From positions 806,001-870,000 of the forward strand of contig LSRY02000010.1 of the NCBI GenBank assembly GCA_001643675.2: DNA of 64,000 nucleotides. The letters are read 5' to 3'. This document shows, piece by piece, positions 1 through 12,389 of the stretch. Under the pieces are notes generated by a model. The model had not been told where the DNA came from. It saw only the letters and a list, made by a program, of their open reading frames with translations, and made no database searches. Made by a program: the position numbers and the translations under genes. Positions within the stretch are counted from its first letter, which is position 1, and every line of letters starts with the position of its first letter. The DNA is from Monocercomonoides exilis PA203 (taxonomy: Eukaryota > Protista > Preaxostyla).

Positions 1-3000
1 TCTCTGTCAGCTTCTTCAGCCTCTCTCTTTCTGAGATCAGATCCTCCAGCGACTCAAAGTAGATGTCCATTTCTCTGCCCCACTTCACTCCACCCACATA
101 ATTGAATGAAACATCAATGTACGGAGTGAATAAGGCATTTTGCGAAGAAATCTGTGATTGTGCTGTTGAAGAAGGAGAATGAGAAAACGATGAAAATGAT
201 GATGTTTGTGCTTTTCCTTTTGTGCATCCACTCCCATCTTCATCGTCTGCTCCTGTACTGTCTGGAAGATACTGTCTTCTAAAGTTCCTCAGCGCCACTA
301 CTTTCGCCTTCTCCCTCTCTGCCTTGATTCTTGCCTCTTCTGCCTCTCTCCTCTTATTCTCCTCGTCTCTTCGGAGAATCTCTGCTGCTTCGGCCGCAGC
401 TCTTTCTTCGACTGAATGTGCACCCCGATTCAGCTGGCTACTGTTGCGCGAGGATAAAAGTGAGGAAGACGTGGAAGATGTGAAGAAGTCCTTCAGAGTT
501 GAGAAAAAACCGCTTTTCTTTTTGGGCTGTGTCGAGGGAAGAGGAGTTGAGTGGGGCAAGTGCGACTGAGAAGAAAAAGAAGAGGGGGAAGAGGAAGAAA
601 GAGAAGGAGAAGGATGTGATATAGAAGGGGTGTATGCTGATGTGATTGTGGTTGCATAAGTGTTTGTGAATGGATTGGATGAAGATTGCGCTGATGTGGC
701 AGAAGCAGGCGAAGTGGAGAAAGAGAAGGAGAAAGAAGACAAAGAAGGAGATGAGGATGAAGAAGAAGATGATGATGATGAATGATGTTGTGTGGCGACT
801 GATGAAATGGTGTTTTGTGTGAGTGAAGATCCAGTTGCCTGCTGATTTGCTATTTCTAAATTTGAATTGAGCTTTTCTGTTTCGTTTGCGGAAGTTGAAA
901 CCCTTTTTCGCAGAGTCGTCTTTTTCAGTTCACCATCAATGAGCGATTCCAATTCAGAAGACAAATAATCAGAGTAAGGCAGATGCAGATGCTGAGACAG
1001 ACGAAGCGACTGAGTCTGTTTTGACTGTGAAGAAGGCTGAATTTGTGACTTGTTGCGAGGAGAAGATGAGATGGCATTCAAATTGGCATTGCCATTTTCT
1101 GCTCCTTCTTCTGTTTCATTGGAATTATCACTTGAGTTCTGGTTGTTTGCTTCTTCGCTTTTCATTTCTGGTGCCATTTGTGCCTGTGGCTGCAAAGAAG
1201 GATGGTGGAACATGATGCGATGCGGAAGAGTGTGCAGCAAGTTGTGTGAGAAATCAAAGGAAACAAAAGAAGAAGGCGGTTGAGTAGCATCTCTTGACAA
1301 GTTATGCCCCTTCGCCTGCTCTGATGTTTGATAAGAAGCAGAAGAAGTAGCCTTCTGAGGCACATGTAGAGGCTTGTGGTTGGACTCTGGAGAAATCGGA
1401 GGAAAAAACGAGAGAGGAATGAAGGCGATGGAGTTGTAGCTGACATCGAGGCGGCTGAGGAGCGGGCAGCATTTCAGCAGATCTGCTGGAAGAGTGGTGA
1501 GTCTGTTGTGTGCAAGTGTCAGTGTCTGCAGCTTGGCTGACTTCAGAAGAAGCGACGGGAACTCGGCGAGACGGTTGGAGGAGAGCTGGCAGATCACCAG
1601 GCTCAGCACCATCGGCTGGGTACAGCCGGCTGGAAGAAGAGGCTTGGAGTCTTCATCTTCATTGGAATCAATGTTATCTTCGTTGAAGGCATCATCATCA
1701 CTTCGGGGATTATTATTATTGTTGTTGTTGTTGTTATGATCATCATCTTCATCATCTTCTCCTACTTCTCTTTTGTCCGAAGATGAAGCAGAAGCGTGCT
1801 TCATAGCTGAGTTTCTCCCTTTCATTGCATTTCCAACAGAAAAACGTGAGGCATCTTCTGTAAAGTGACTATCTTCATCATCAACTTCGCAATGATCACA
1901 GCCTTCTCCTTCGTCTTCAATCTCTCCTTCTTCTTTTTCTCCCCATCTTTTGTCCATTTGCCTGCCAAACTCGTCAAATGCATCGTCATTCGTGTAGAAT
2001 TCATTGCTTGCTTTGCCTCTCCTTTCTTCTTTGTCATGTTCATTTCCTTCAAAATGCATCTTTTGATGATTTGCCTTCTTTTTGTGTATGTCTGTTGTAT
2101 TATGATCTTTGTTTGTTGTCTCAGTCAGATACTTCTCCTGAAACGACTCAAAATGATGCACTTTCGAAGCAGTAGAATTCTCATTTGAACCTTCCGTTTT
2201 CGTTGCTTCTTTCTCTTTCTCTTTCTCTTTCTCTTTCTCTTTCTCCTTTTCGCTCCCTTTAACCATCATTCCTTTTCCGTTCTTCGAAGCATGTGCTGAT
2301 TCCACTGAACTCCTCGCAGGCCTTCGATAGCAATATCCCTCCAGTTCCTCTAACGTCGGAAAGTGCTCAATTCTGTTTCCCGAAAGCACCAAAACACGCA
2401 GCTCCGGCATCGAACACAGCCAGCAGGGCACTTTATCGATCATGTTGAATGCCAACTCCAGGCGCTGCAGGTCTGGCAGATCGGCGATGCAGCGGGGGAT
2501 GGAGCGCAGCTGGTTGAACGAAAGATCCAAGACACGAAGGGACTTCAGCTTCCCCAGGCAGGATGGGATCTTCCGGATCTGGTTGCCTGCCAAGAGCAAG
2601 ACGCTCAAGTGAGGCAGAGACGCGATGGGCTTTGGGAAGTGGCGGAGCTGGTTGAAGCAGAGAGAAAGCGAGAAGAGCTTGGAGTTTGCGGGGAAGGCTG
2701 CCTTGTGGATGCGGTTGATGCGGTTGTGGTCGAGCGCAGCGAGTGTGACGTCGGCAGAGAGAGAAGGGAAAGAGGAGATGAGGTTGTAGGAAAGGATAAC
2801 ACGGCTGTTGCTGGAGAAGTTCATCAGCGGCGGGCAGTGCGTGATGTAGTTGCGGGGCGCGGATAGAATGTTCAGCCGCTGGGATATTCAGATGCATGTG
2901 AAGCATTTAAATAGGAAAATAAAAATTAATAATAAGAAGTTTCGAAGAAAATATCAGTTGAAGAGAAAAATAAAGATTTTCAAAAAAAAGATTCTAAAGT

Positions 3001-4128
3001 GAAATTTTTGTTAAAATACAAAGGAAAATATTAAAAAGAAATTCTTCAAAAATAACTTTCACTGATATTCTTATTCTTTTTTTTCTTTATATTAAATGAA
3101 AGATATGCTATTTTGCTTTGCTGTGTTTTTGTCAAACCTTCAATTTTCCAACAGCAGCTGGGAGCGAATGGAGCTTGTTTTCAGCAATCAATAGAGACGA
3201 TAGTAAAGGAAGAAGACTATCCAAATCGTTTGGCAATGATCTAAGATTATTGTTGGCGAGATTAAGTGTCACAACAGACTTTAACAATCGATAAGTCTTT
3301 GTTGTATCAAATACAAAAAGAAAAAAAAGAAAGAAAAATTACATGTAAACTTCAGATGCAAAAAAGAAATAAAAAGACCTTGTGAGGTATATATTCAATA
3401 CAATTCGATTTCAAATCTAGGAATTCGAGTTGTGGAAGTCTTGTTTGTGGTGAAAGGTTAAATTCCATTAAATCATTGAAGGAAATATTTAGTTGTGAGA
3501 GTCGAAGCATAATCAAAGGAAATTCAATGTGATGGATATAATTTGTTTCTAAATCGAGTTTTTTAAGTATTTTATGAGTTATTGGTGGAAGGCCAATGAG
3601 TCTGTCAATTAAATTTTTGGAAAGTTTTTTTTGAAAAAATTATGTAAACAGAAAATTTTTCACACTGATTACGTTGAAGCCCACAAAATCCAAGATTTGG
3701 ATATAAAACTCCGAGATCATGAGGTATCATTCCAAGTCTGTTGTGCATCGCTTGAAGCTCAACAAGCTCTTTCAAAAAAACATGAGGCCATTCCTCAATT
3801 TGATTACCAATAATGTCCTAGAACAGAAAAAGATTAACTAATTTTTCAAAAAAATATATAAAGGAATGCATGCCAAGCGTCCTAATTTTTCATGGTGATC
3901 AAGAGCAGCTGGAAATGATCGAAGTTTGTTAAAAGCAAGTGCAAGTACATCAAGATTAGGAAGAGCTTCGTTAATATATGGGATGTCTGTAAGACTATTC
4001 GAAGATAAGTTAACTGATCTTATCACTGGGCGTACATTCGAAAGAAACCATGGTGGAATCGATCGTATTTGCTCATTCATTGCTTTTACATTTACTGAAG
4101 AAAGAAGGCTGGATTGTCTATGGCCCAT
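1..4128 (-). CDS. Multi-exon leucine-rich-repeat protein with long low-complexity insertions; 3' end lies beyond the left window edge
   Basis: Manual splicing gives successive LRRs (IRSVNLSSNSLTDIP, LGRL|DIIGNQIEEWP, LKKLDLETNYI, VVTLNLANNNLRSLP, LSVLLLAGNQIRKIP, LRVLDLSFNQLRSIP, LQTLTLAHNRLTTLP). Four short introns between about 2879 and 3873; coding-like sequence continues to position 1. Confidence 0.85.
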
Positions 4129-4281
4129 TCAGAATACTTTTATCTCGATGTATTTTTTCTTGAATTTGGTGAAGCTACTTTCTCTTTGGAAAAACAGCAA
4201 AATTGAAATTTTAAAAAAAAAAAGAACGGAAACGATCATTCAAAAAAATCAGAAAAATAAACTATTTCAAAGAAAATATGA

Positions 4282-5150
4282 ATGGATCAAGTTGTAATTT
4301 CTTATAAATATACAACTTTATATCGAGAGCATGTTGATACTTTGCTTCCTGGGATGTGGTTATCAGATTTAATAATTGAATTCTTTTTTGCATATTTGTT
4401 CGACAAATTACCTGAACGTATTCAAAATAAAATTTCCTTGTTATATCCAAGCGTAACATATTTCGTAGCCACGTTTGATACGTTAGAAGCATCAATTTCG
4501 CTTGCAAATGAACATTTATCTGAAAAAGATGTTGTTTTTATTCCTGTAACGAACAATCCTGATCCCACAAGAGTTGGAGGAACTCATTGGTCATTACTTG
4601 TGTTTTGCAGAAAAGCATCTTTCTTTGGAAAGTTTTTTTGTCAAAAACTTGAATCAACAACTTCATCAAATAATGATTATCCGGTATTTGTTCATTTTGA
4701 CAGCAGTTCTGGATTAAATTTATCAGCAGCAAAGCTTTTCATTAAAAAAATCTCTCCAATCGTAGCTCCTTCTTGTCCAGAGCCTTCAATTTTTTCTCCT
4801 ATTGTTCCTCAGCAAGTTAATGGTTCTGATTGTGGTGTTTACGTACTCGCATTTGCAGGTTTGCTTTTTTGGGTAATTTACATTTATTATTTTTGTTATA
4901 TATATAATTATTATATATCAATGTTCTCTTTTTATTATTTCTATGAAACATATTAATTTCAAAATTATTTTTCAAAGAATATCTTTGTGATGAACTTGTT
5001 GCTGGGAACGACATCAAAATAGATGAAATGGCACAAATTATAACTCCAAAATACATTAAAGAGTTGAGAAGAAAAACATATGAAATCATTCAACGATTGT
5101 CAAAAGAAAGAAATGATGAATCAAAAAAAGAAGACGAAAAAAACGATTAA
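4282..5150 (+). CDS. SENP8: NEDD8-specific protease (SENP8/NEDP1/DEN1, Ulp1/C48 family)
   Basis: WLSDLIIEFF, GGTHWSLLV (catalytic His), HFDS (Asp), PQQVNGSDCGVYV (Cys); short protein with no N-terminal extension. Intron 4859-4977, then EYLCDEL...TPKYIKELR to TAA at 5150. Confidence 0.9.
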
Positions 5151-5262
5151 TTTTTATTTTTTGAAAACAAATCAAAATTTTCTATTATTATATGACTTTT
5201 TGACAAATCAGAGACTTAAATAAATTATTTCTTTTCATTGAAGATCAATTACCATAAACAAA

Positions 5263-6066
5263 ATGAGCGTAATGAAAGGAATGATGCCTGGGTCTTCTGC
5301 TCCGCGTTCTGTTTTCGACAGACCGCTGCAGCCAAAGAGCAAAGGCGAGGTGAGTGCAAGTGCATTTGGATATTTGTATTGCGCAATTTTTGATTACACA
5401 AAAGGGCGTTCTCAAAAGCAAACTGAAATTGCTTCAAGGTTTTTTTGTGTTAAATGCTTTATCAAATAAATTTGAATGATTTCTAGATTGGAAGCACTTG
5501 GGATTGATGTAGGTTCGAGAGTTCTCGAGCTCTTGATGTATCGAGAAAAAGATAGAAAGCGAGAGACGAGAGTTGCGTCAATGTTCCAATTCATAACGGG
5601 AACAGTTTGGCCTTATTTATTCAATAAAACGGCTCAGCTAGTTAAATATTCTGATGATACTAGACCATGTTTGTATATTATTTTTTAAAAACGAGAAATT
5701 TATTTCTATTATCTGTATAATATTTATACTTAGATGGGATACGTGATTCAGAACCACTAACAAGCATGTTTATGTCTTTGAATCCTGATTGGAAAAATTT
5801 TGACAGTGCAGTTTTTATCCGTGGAATTGTGAAAGGAATTTTTACTGCAGCTGAATTCGTTTGTTTTTGTATTTTTTAAAAGTATTCTAAAACTTTTAAC
5901 ATAATATATATTCTGTTTTTTGTCAACTATTTTTAATATTTACAATTTTATATAGCCGTGCAATGTAATATGTTATCCAAAAAATGATGGTTTAATTGAA
6001 TTTATTCCAACATTTGAACCTGTTGTTGTTGAAAGAGAACGAATCAAAGGGAAATCAAGTTCTTAA
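5263..6066 (+). CDS. TRAPPC5: TRAPP complex subunit Trs31/TRAPPC5 (4 exons)
   Basis: Spliced product contains VFDRPL..KGEVSASAFGYLY, RLEALGIDVGSRVLELL.YREKDRKRETRV..MFQFITGTVWPYLFNK, IRDSEPL, AVFIRGIVKG and FPCNV; stop TAA at 6066. Confidence 0.92.
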
Positions 6067-6390
6067 CAGATAGGAGTTTTGATTTTAACTGCCGCATTTC
6101 ACTTATTTTCGTGTCAAATGAATTTTTCTCTTTCATTTTCTAGCATTCAATTTTGTTAACAATCACTTCACAAAATTAAAAAAAAAACAAGTTAAAATCA
6201 AATAGGTGATGGTTTTTTTTAATATTCTTTTCTTTAATATATGAGCGTTTGTGTTTTGTGTGCGTGTGTGTGTGTGTGATAATTTTTAATCATTGAATTT
6301 TAAAATTTTTGAAATGTTAAAACTTAAAAACCATTGGAAAATGAAAATAAAGAATAAAAAAGAAACACTGAAAATGCTAAGCTAATAAAA

Positions 6391-7954
6391 TCATTCCGCT
6401 CCAATAACTCTAGTTGGTTTCTTTCTTGGTTGCAGAACCATCACTTCCTGTTGTTGATTTGGTTGAGATGCCTGCGTTTGACCTGCCTCGAGAATCTTTC
6501 CCATGTCAAGTGAAATAGTCCCAGAAGTTGTGTCGAATCCTTTTCTCTGCAATGTTCGTTTGAGTTCTTCCGCAATCATTTCGTGGTGTTTAAGTTCTGC
6601 GAGTCGCAGTTGGAGATCTTCAATCATCTCTTCCAACTTAACTTTTTCAGGCTTTTTACCCTTCAAATTGCTCGATGATGAAATCGATGAAGATGACGAA
6701 GAATCCTCGTTGGAAGCCGTTTCTGTTTTATTTTCTTTTTCTTGATCATTCAATTTTTGTAAGCACTCCCTCAAAATCCTAAGTGCCGAGCCAAAATGTT
6801 GCTGTTGGCACGAAACATCATCAGGCTGAGAAATGGCAATTGAAATATGGCTAAATTAAAAAACATAATTCAAAGTCAAAAAGAATTAGAATAACATGTT
6901 CAAAAGAATGGAAAAATAGAATCAATAATTTGAAGTAATATAAATAAAACGTCTAAAAACCAATTTGCAATTCGTTTGTCATTTGGAAGAAAGTGAGCTT
7001 GCATCAACGCCAAAGCGCGTTTGTAATCTTCGGCAGCATCATCATTTCTTCCTTTAATAACAAGATTAAACCAAAATTCAATGAAAGAGAATTAAAAATC
7101 CATAATAAATTGAATTTTTCGATTGCTTGTGTTAGATTTATCGGGAAAATTATCGAAATGCAAACCTGCTTCTAAGCCCGCATCTCCGAGGCGAAGATAA
7201 GTTTTTATTTGATCGAGATATGCATCTGGATTGGATCCGGATAACTCAACTTTATTAAAAAGAACTCGTGCTAATTCCAGAGACTCCCATGCAATCTGAA
7301 GGGTGTCCACATTCTCATCTTCTTTGTCTTTATTTTCCACTTGTTTCTCATTCTCTTTTTCTTCTTTCACACTTTCATCTCCTTTGATTCGAAGAGTTCC
7401 ATCTAAAATTTTTTCTTCTGCTGATTTCTCTTCGCTCGCTCTGACAGGTAATTAAATGAAATAAATAAAATAAATATATAAATACACACAATTGTCTTTT
7501 TTCCTTCGAAATTGTCAATTCTTGACTATCTGAATCATCAATTTGTTTTTCTTCAATGCCTCCAACTAAATCTTCATCGAGATCAATAACAGGGCCCTTT
7601 TGTGGAGATTTGCTTTGATCTTTGTATGTTAATGTTGATTTTGGAACATTTCCTTCCTCTCCCTTTTCAACTTCATTATTATTGGGATCACTTTCTAGTA
7701 TTTCTTCTGTTTCCATCAATCTTAGAAGGGAATCTCCGTAATTATAATAATACTGAGCGCAAGAAGCGTCCATTTCTCCTTTTTCTTCAATTCTAAACAT
7801 CTATAGCTGAAAAAACAAAAAAAATGTTTTAAAAAACGTACTGTTTTTGAAGAGCTTTTGAAAACAAATCAACTGCTTCATTTATTTGATCTCTATCATC
7901 ATTGCTTGTTTCTAGCTTTTGTTTTGCCTTTTGTAATAATTCTTCAGCGCTCAT
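6391..7954 (-). CDS. NASP: NASP/Sim3/Hif1-type histone chaperone with acidic-interrupted TPR (SHNi-TPR), 5 exons
   Basis: CAQYYYNYGDSLLRL, then an acidic insertion, then DTLQIAWESLELARVLF, TYLRLGDAGLEAGRNDDAAEDYKRALAL; basic C-terminal PRKKP; ATG at 7954. Confidence 0.85.
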
Positions 7955-8108
7955 CCAAAATTCAAAATATTCTGATCGTCCCTCTAAATTATTTAATGAT
8001 TAGTGTTTTGCTAACAATGTGTTGACGTGTTGAATGACTTTTTATCAAATCTGGAAAATAAATTTGGTTATTCCATAAACATATTTCTGAACGGAAATTT
8101 TTTAAATT

Positions 8109-8879
8109 ATGGGCATATTCAATACTCCGAAATTTGATTATTCGATGAGTTTTCCGAATACAAGTTTTTATCCTTTACCCACAACATTTCCAACTCCATC
8201 CCCATCTTCATTTCAACCTTCAAGAGCTGTTTTAGGTTATATGCCACCGGTTCTTCCTCAACCAATTGTTCAAGTGACAATTCCTCCACACCTTGAGTAT
8301 GACAGAATGTCTCTTCAGTTAGCAGCTTATTATGCTGGCGCTCGGACAGATAGTATGATTGATACAAACGCTGTTTTGACCGCAGTTGGACTTTTTGGAG
8401 TTTCAATTGATAAGCCGACGGCTGCTTCTTTGCTTCAGCAAATTGCTGGACCAAGAAAAACCATAACGCAAGACTCTTTTGTGAGAAGTGTAATAGCTTT
8501 TGTGTATAAAAAATATAGCATCCCTTTACCTCCTCCACGATTACCACCTCCTTCAGTTCAGATTTCTCTGCCTTCATACCTTCCTTACAATCCAAAACCA
8601 TCAGTCGTCAGAAGTGGACCTCACGCCACTCATCCGGATCCGTCTGTTGCAGATACAATTGCTTCGTTTTATCAAACAGCTGCAGCTGGCGGGCGTATTG
8701 ATGGCAATGCGGTTATAAAAATTTGCCATCATTATCATGTTGGATGTGACATGGCGGTAGCTGCCCAACTGCTAGCGATTGTTGCAGCTCCGGAGGGACT
8801 TATCACACAAGAAAAATTTGTGCATCATATTGGTGTTTACATTACTCGAAATTTGCCTTTATTTGATGAAAAACTCTGA
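8109..8879 (+). CDS. Intronless 256-aa protein: Pro-rich segments plus two copies of a degenerate EF-hand-pair-like module
   Basis: Long ORF in AT-rich DNA. The two colinear modules are IDTNAV...AASLLQQIAGPRKTITQDSFV and IDGNAV...AAQLLAIVAAPEGLITQEKFV. Confidence 0.7.
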   Translation: MGIFNTPKFDYSMSFPNTSFYPLPTTFPTPSPSSFQPSRAVLGYMPPVLPQPIVQVTIPPHLEYDRMSLQLAAYYAGARTDSMIDTNAVLTAVGLFGVSIDKPTAASLLQQIAGPRKTITQDSFVRSVIAFVYKKYSIPLPPPRLPPPSVQISLPSYLPYNPKPSVVRSGPHATHPDPSVADTIASFYQTAAAGGRIDGNAVIKICHHYHVGCDMAVAAQLLAIVAAPEGLITQEKFVHHIGVYITRNLPLFDEKL

Positions 8880-9456
8880 AAAATATCTTACACGTCATTT
8901 CATCTTATCAAATTAACCTTAAGCTAAATTTAAAACCCTTTTAAGCATCTGTTTTAGTGTTTGGAAAATTGAATTATTGTGAGTGTTTTATCACATGGAT
9001 AAAAAAATTCTCTGTTATTTTTTCGTTATTGTTTGGCATTCAATGAAAACATATTTTTATATTTTGTTTTAAACAATTGTTTATCCATTTTATATTTTTT
9101 ATTGTTATTTATGTATTTTAATTTTTTTGCTTTTTAAGTCTTAATTAAATAATTAGTTTTTTGTTGATCATGGATAATTTTGAAAGATTTTCGATAAATC
9201 TTAAATGAGAAAAAGAATGTATTTTCATCTCTTCTCTTCTTTTTCTTTTTCTCTCATCGTTAATTCAATGAAATCTGAAAAGAAATTTTGTTAATGTAAT
9301 TTTTGGATAGGAAGAACTAATATTAGTATTGAAACAATTTGAAATTAAAGAAAATGGATGCGAAACTCATTTTAAATTTTAATTGAAAGAATAACAGAAT
9401 TTTTGCAAAAAAGAATTTTGTTTATTATAATTCAGAAAATACAGTTTATTGAGATT

Positions 9457-9459
<3 letters not shown>

Positions 9460-9493
<34 letters not shown>
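9460..9493. repeat. poly-T tract (34 nt)
   Basis: Direct reading. Confidence 0.95.
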
Positions 9494-10030
9494 CGTGACA
9501 GACAAATGATTTTCATATTTGTTTTGTATCAGAAGTGTAGTGAAATATCACAAATTTGTTGCAATAAGTGATTGTTTAAAAAAAACTCAACAAAAAACCT
9601 TAATGTTTAATATTAGTGCCAATTCAAAATTTCATTAGCAATTGTTTATCCAATACTTCAAATCTCTCTTATTTTTGAATAAAAGTTTTAGCTGTCAATG
9701 TTGTTTGCTTATTTAGTTAATATCAATTGAACGGTTTTATGCAAACTACATGGAAAATTGAAGTTCTTTCACAAAAATCACAAAAAAGGATTAAAATAGA
9801 TTGTTTAATCTAAAAAAGAAAGAATTTCACGATCTGTGGAATGAATTATTTTTCTTTTTTTATGAGATAAATGATTGTGATGAAAGCACAAAATATTTCA
9901 TGAATTTAAAAGTGAAAAATTTTTTCTTTGAAACTTTCAAGCATGTGTGTAATTTTTATTGATATCACATGGTTTCCATCAAACACAGTCAAAACTGGAT
10001 ATTAACTAATCCAGTATTGCATTACCATAT

Positions 10031-10269
10031 GGGTTATTCTTTTTGAAAAGTCGCAAATGTTTAATTTTCAAATAAATCAAAACTTTTATATTTTGATCAA
10101 ATTTCTGTTCCCGCTTACGAATCTTCCCAAGAATTCATGAAATAGCATTATCAAGTAATAGATTCCACATTAGTGAATTTGGTGAATGTTAACGAAAATT
10201 CGAGATAAATATAAAAGTTTTGATTTATTTGAAAATTAAATATTTGCGACTTTTCGAAAATGATAACCC
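10031..10269. mobile_element. Putative MITE-like element 1 (239 bp) with long terminal inverted repeats, flanked by ATAT
   Basis: 10026-10093 matches the reverse complement of 10207-10274 at 64/68 positions. Ends are ATAT|GGGTTAT...ATAACCC|ATAT. Confidence 0.75.
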
Positions 10270-11743
10270 ATATGTTAACATGTGTGATGTTTTTTGACAT
10301 ATATTTTTTCCCATGAAAATTCTCTGTATGAAATTATTATTTTTTTCTTGAAAATGAACAAAAAATAGTGAAATGTGAAATTAAAAATTCCTTCCTGAAT
10401 TCATATCAAACATTAATTTTTGAAAACGAAAAATTATTTGAAACTTTTTTTTGTAAGTTTTCTTTTCAAAAACTTTCAATATTCTTTATAATCAATACAC
10501 CGAAAAGAGCTATGATTCGAAAATATTAATTCAAATTTCCAACCGTAATTGTGTTTAACACAGATTTGTTTTTTTTTTTTTTTTTTTTTAAATGTCTTCC
10601 ATAGGATCCGTTGTTAAAACAGTCAATTTTTTCATCAAAATTTTCTTTTCTTCAGTTGTTTTAGTTTTGAAATATTTCAAAATTATTTTTTCCCCCCATT
10701 CAAACACATTTTTGAATGAAGGATTCTTTTGAGTTTTGATCAAAATCGTGATTTTTGAAATCTTAATTTTTTTCGCGGTATGAGTAATTGTTTTGTTTTT
10801 GTTATAAGTTTGGAAATGACATGATCAACAGCTCTTTCCATTGAAACATTAACAAAACCCAATGAAAGGGACAAAAAAATGAAAAAGTGATAACTTTTAA
10901 TAAGTTTTCTTTTTCTTGGGATTTTTTTTTTCTTTTTTCCTTCAAATTTTATTTATCCAATATTTCTATCAAAAAACTTTGATTGAAAAAATATAGTGTG
11001 ATTCAAATTTATCTGTTAACAAGGAGAAAGTTTTTCATTGTTTTTTGATATCCATTATTTTTGCAGCTTTGTAAAAAACAAAACACATCAAAAAAGATTG
11101 AATAACAAAAAAATCCACTTAACGAGATACAAAAAGGATTTGACAAGAATAAATATATGTAGATAAAAATAAGTATTTTTCGAAAAAAATACTTTCATAA
11201 ATGATAGGAGAGCTGAATTTTGTTTCATTCGTTAGTTCTTCACCAAAAATAATTCAAAATCGAAAAACTTTCAATCAAAGTCGAAAGATCGAATATTTTC
11301 TTATTTTCAAAAAATTGACAAGAATCAATAAAAGTTAAAAAAACATTTTTTTTGCTGAAATATCATAGATATTTGTTATTTTAATGATTTTTCATCACTT
11401 TTTCAATTTTTTCAAATGTTATATTTTGAACTATTGTGTAATTCGAATTCGAGAGGAATAATGATATGATTAAAACTTATCTCTATTGAAAGCACACTTT
11501 TTCACAGAAAATTTTCCAAAGTAAGTTTTGTTTTCATAACCAATTTTGAAAAGAATGATGAATACAGTGTTAGCACTTTTTTTTTTTAATAACAATATAC
11601 TCATTTGTTAAAAAATGAAACGCCTGTCAAAAGTTTTGAAACAAGTTAATTTTTGAGTTTATTTTTGATTGAAATCTTCCAAATTTGCAGAAAACAAAAC
11701 ACATTTATTGACAATAATATTCACAAAAACTTAAGAACTATAT

Positions 11744-11997
11744 GGGTGATAATTTTTGAAATCATAACTTTTTTCGGGATGAAAAATTTTCAAAAGAAGA
11801 ATGTTTTTTGGAAGGAATTAGTTAAAAAGTGCTTTCTTCATAACAACTTTATTTTAAACAAATGTTTTTGTTTTCGTGAAGTTGAAGATGTCTTTTTCAG
11901 GCCTTTCCATTTTTCAGTGTTCGAATGTTGATATTCAAGGAGCATTTTCGAACAGAATATTTTGAATGGAAAAATATGAAATCATAAATAATCACCC
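11744..11997. mobile_element. Putative MITE-like element 2 (254 bp) with ~25-30 bp imperfect TIRs, flanked by ATAT
   Basis: Left end GGGTGATAATTTTTGAAATCATA; right end reverse-complemented GGGTGATTATTTATGATTTCATA. ATAT at 11740-11743 and 11998-12001. Confidence 0.6.
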
Positions 11998-12389
11998 ATA
12001 TTTTTCTTCAATTGAATTTTTCTTTAGGAAATATATGTTTTTTATTGTTAAAATTTCGATTTTGATTGAAAGTTTTTCGACATTGATTAATTTTTGGTGT
12101 ATCAAAGTAAGGTTGAATCAATTTAATTTTAATAAAGGAAAAAATAAACCAGAAAATATTGAATCTGTCAAATTTCATATCATATTTATTGATGAATGTC
12201 TTTTTGATTTTCTTCGATAACAACAAAAAACAAAAAAGAAGTGTTAAATATCGATAATCTTTTCACATTTTTTGAAACATTCATAATCACAGATTAAATA
12301 TTATGTTTGATTTAAAAATTATGAATATAAATAAACAAATCGAAAAGGAAAATAGAAATTATTAATGGACCATAATTCGTATTTTGGGG

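Noticed and set aside
2363-2906. ORFs of 167 aa (+) and 157 aa (-) in the GC-rich island
   Set aside because: The true frame is the LRR exon; these are antisense or off-frame by-products of high GC.
11653-12226. F/K/I/N-rich ORFs in the AT-rich spacer as transposase remnants
   Set aside because: Composition reflects A/T runs; no DDE or other motif.
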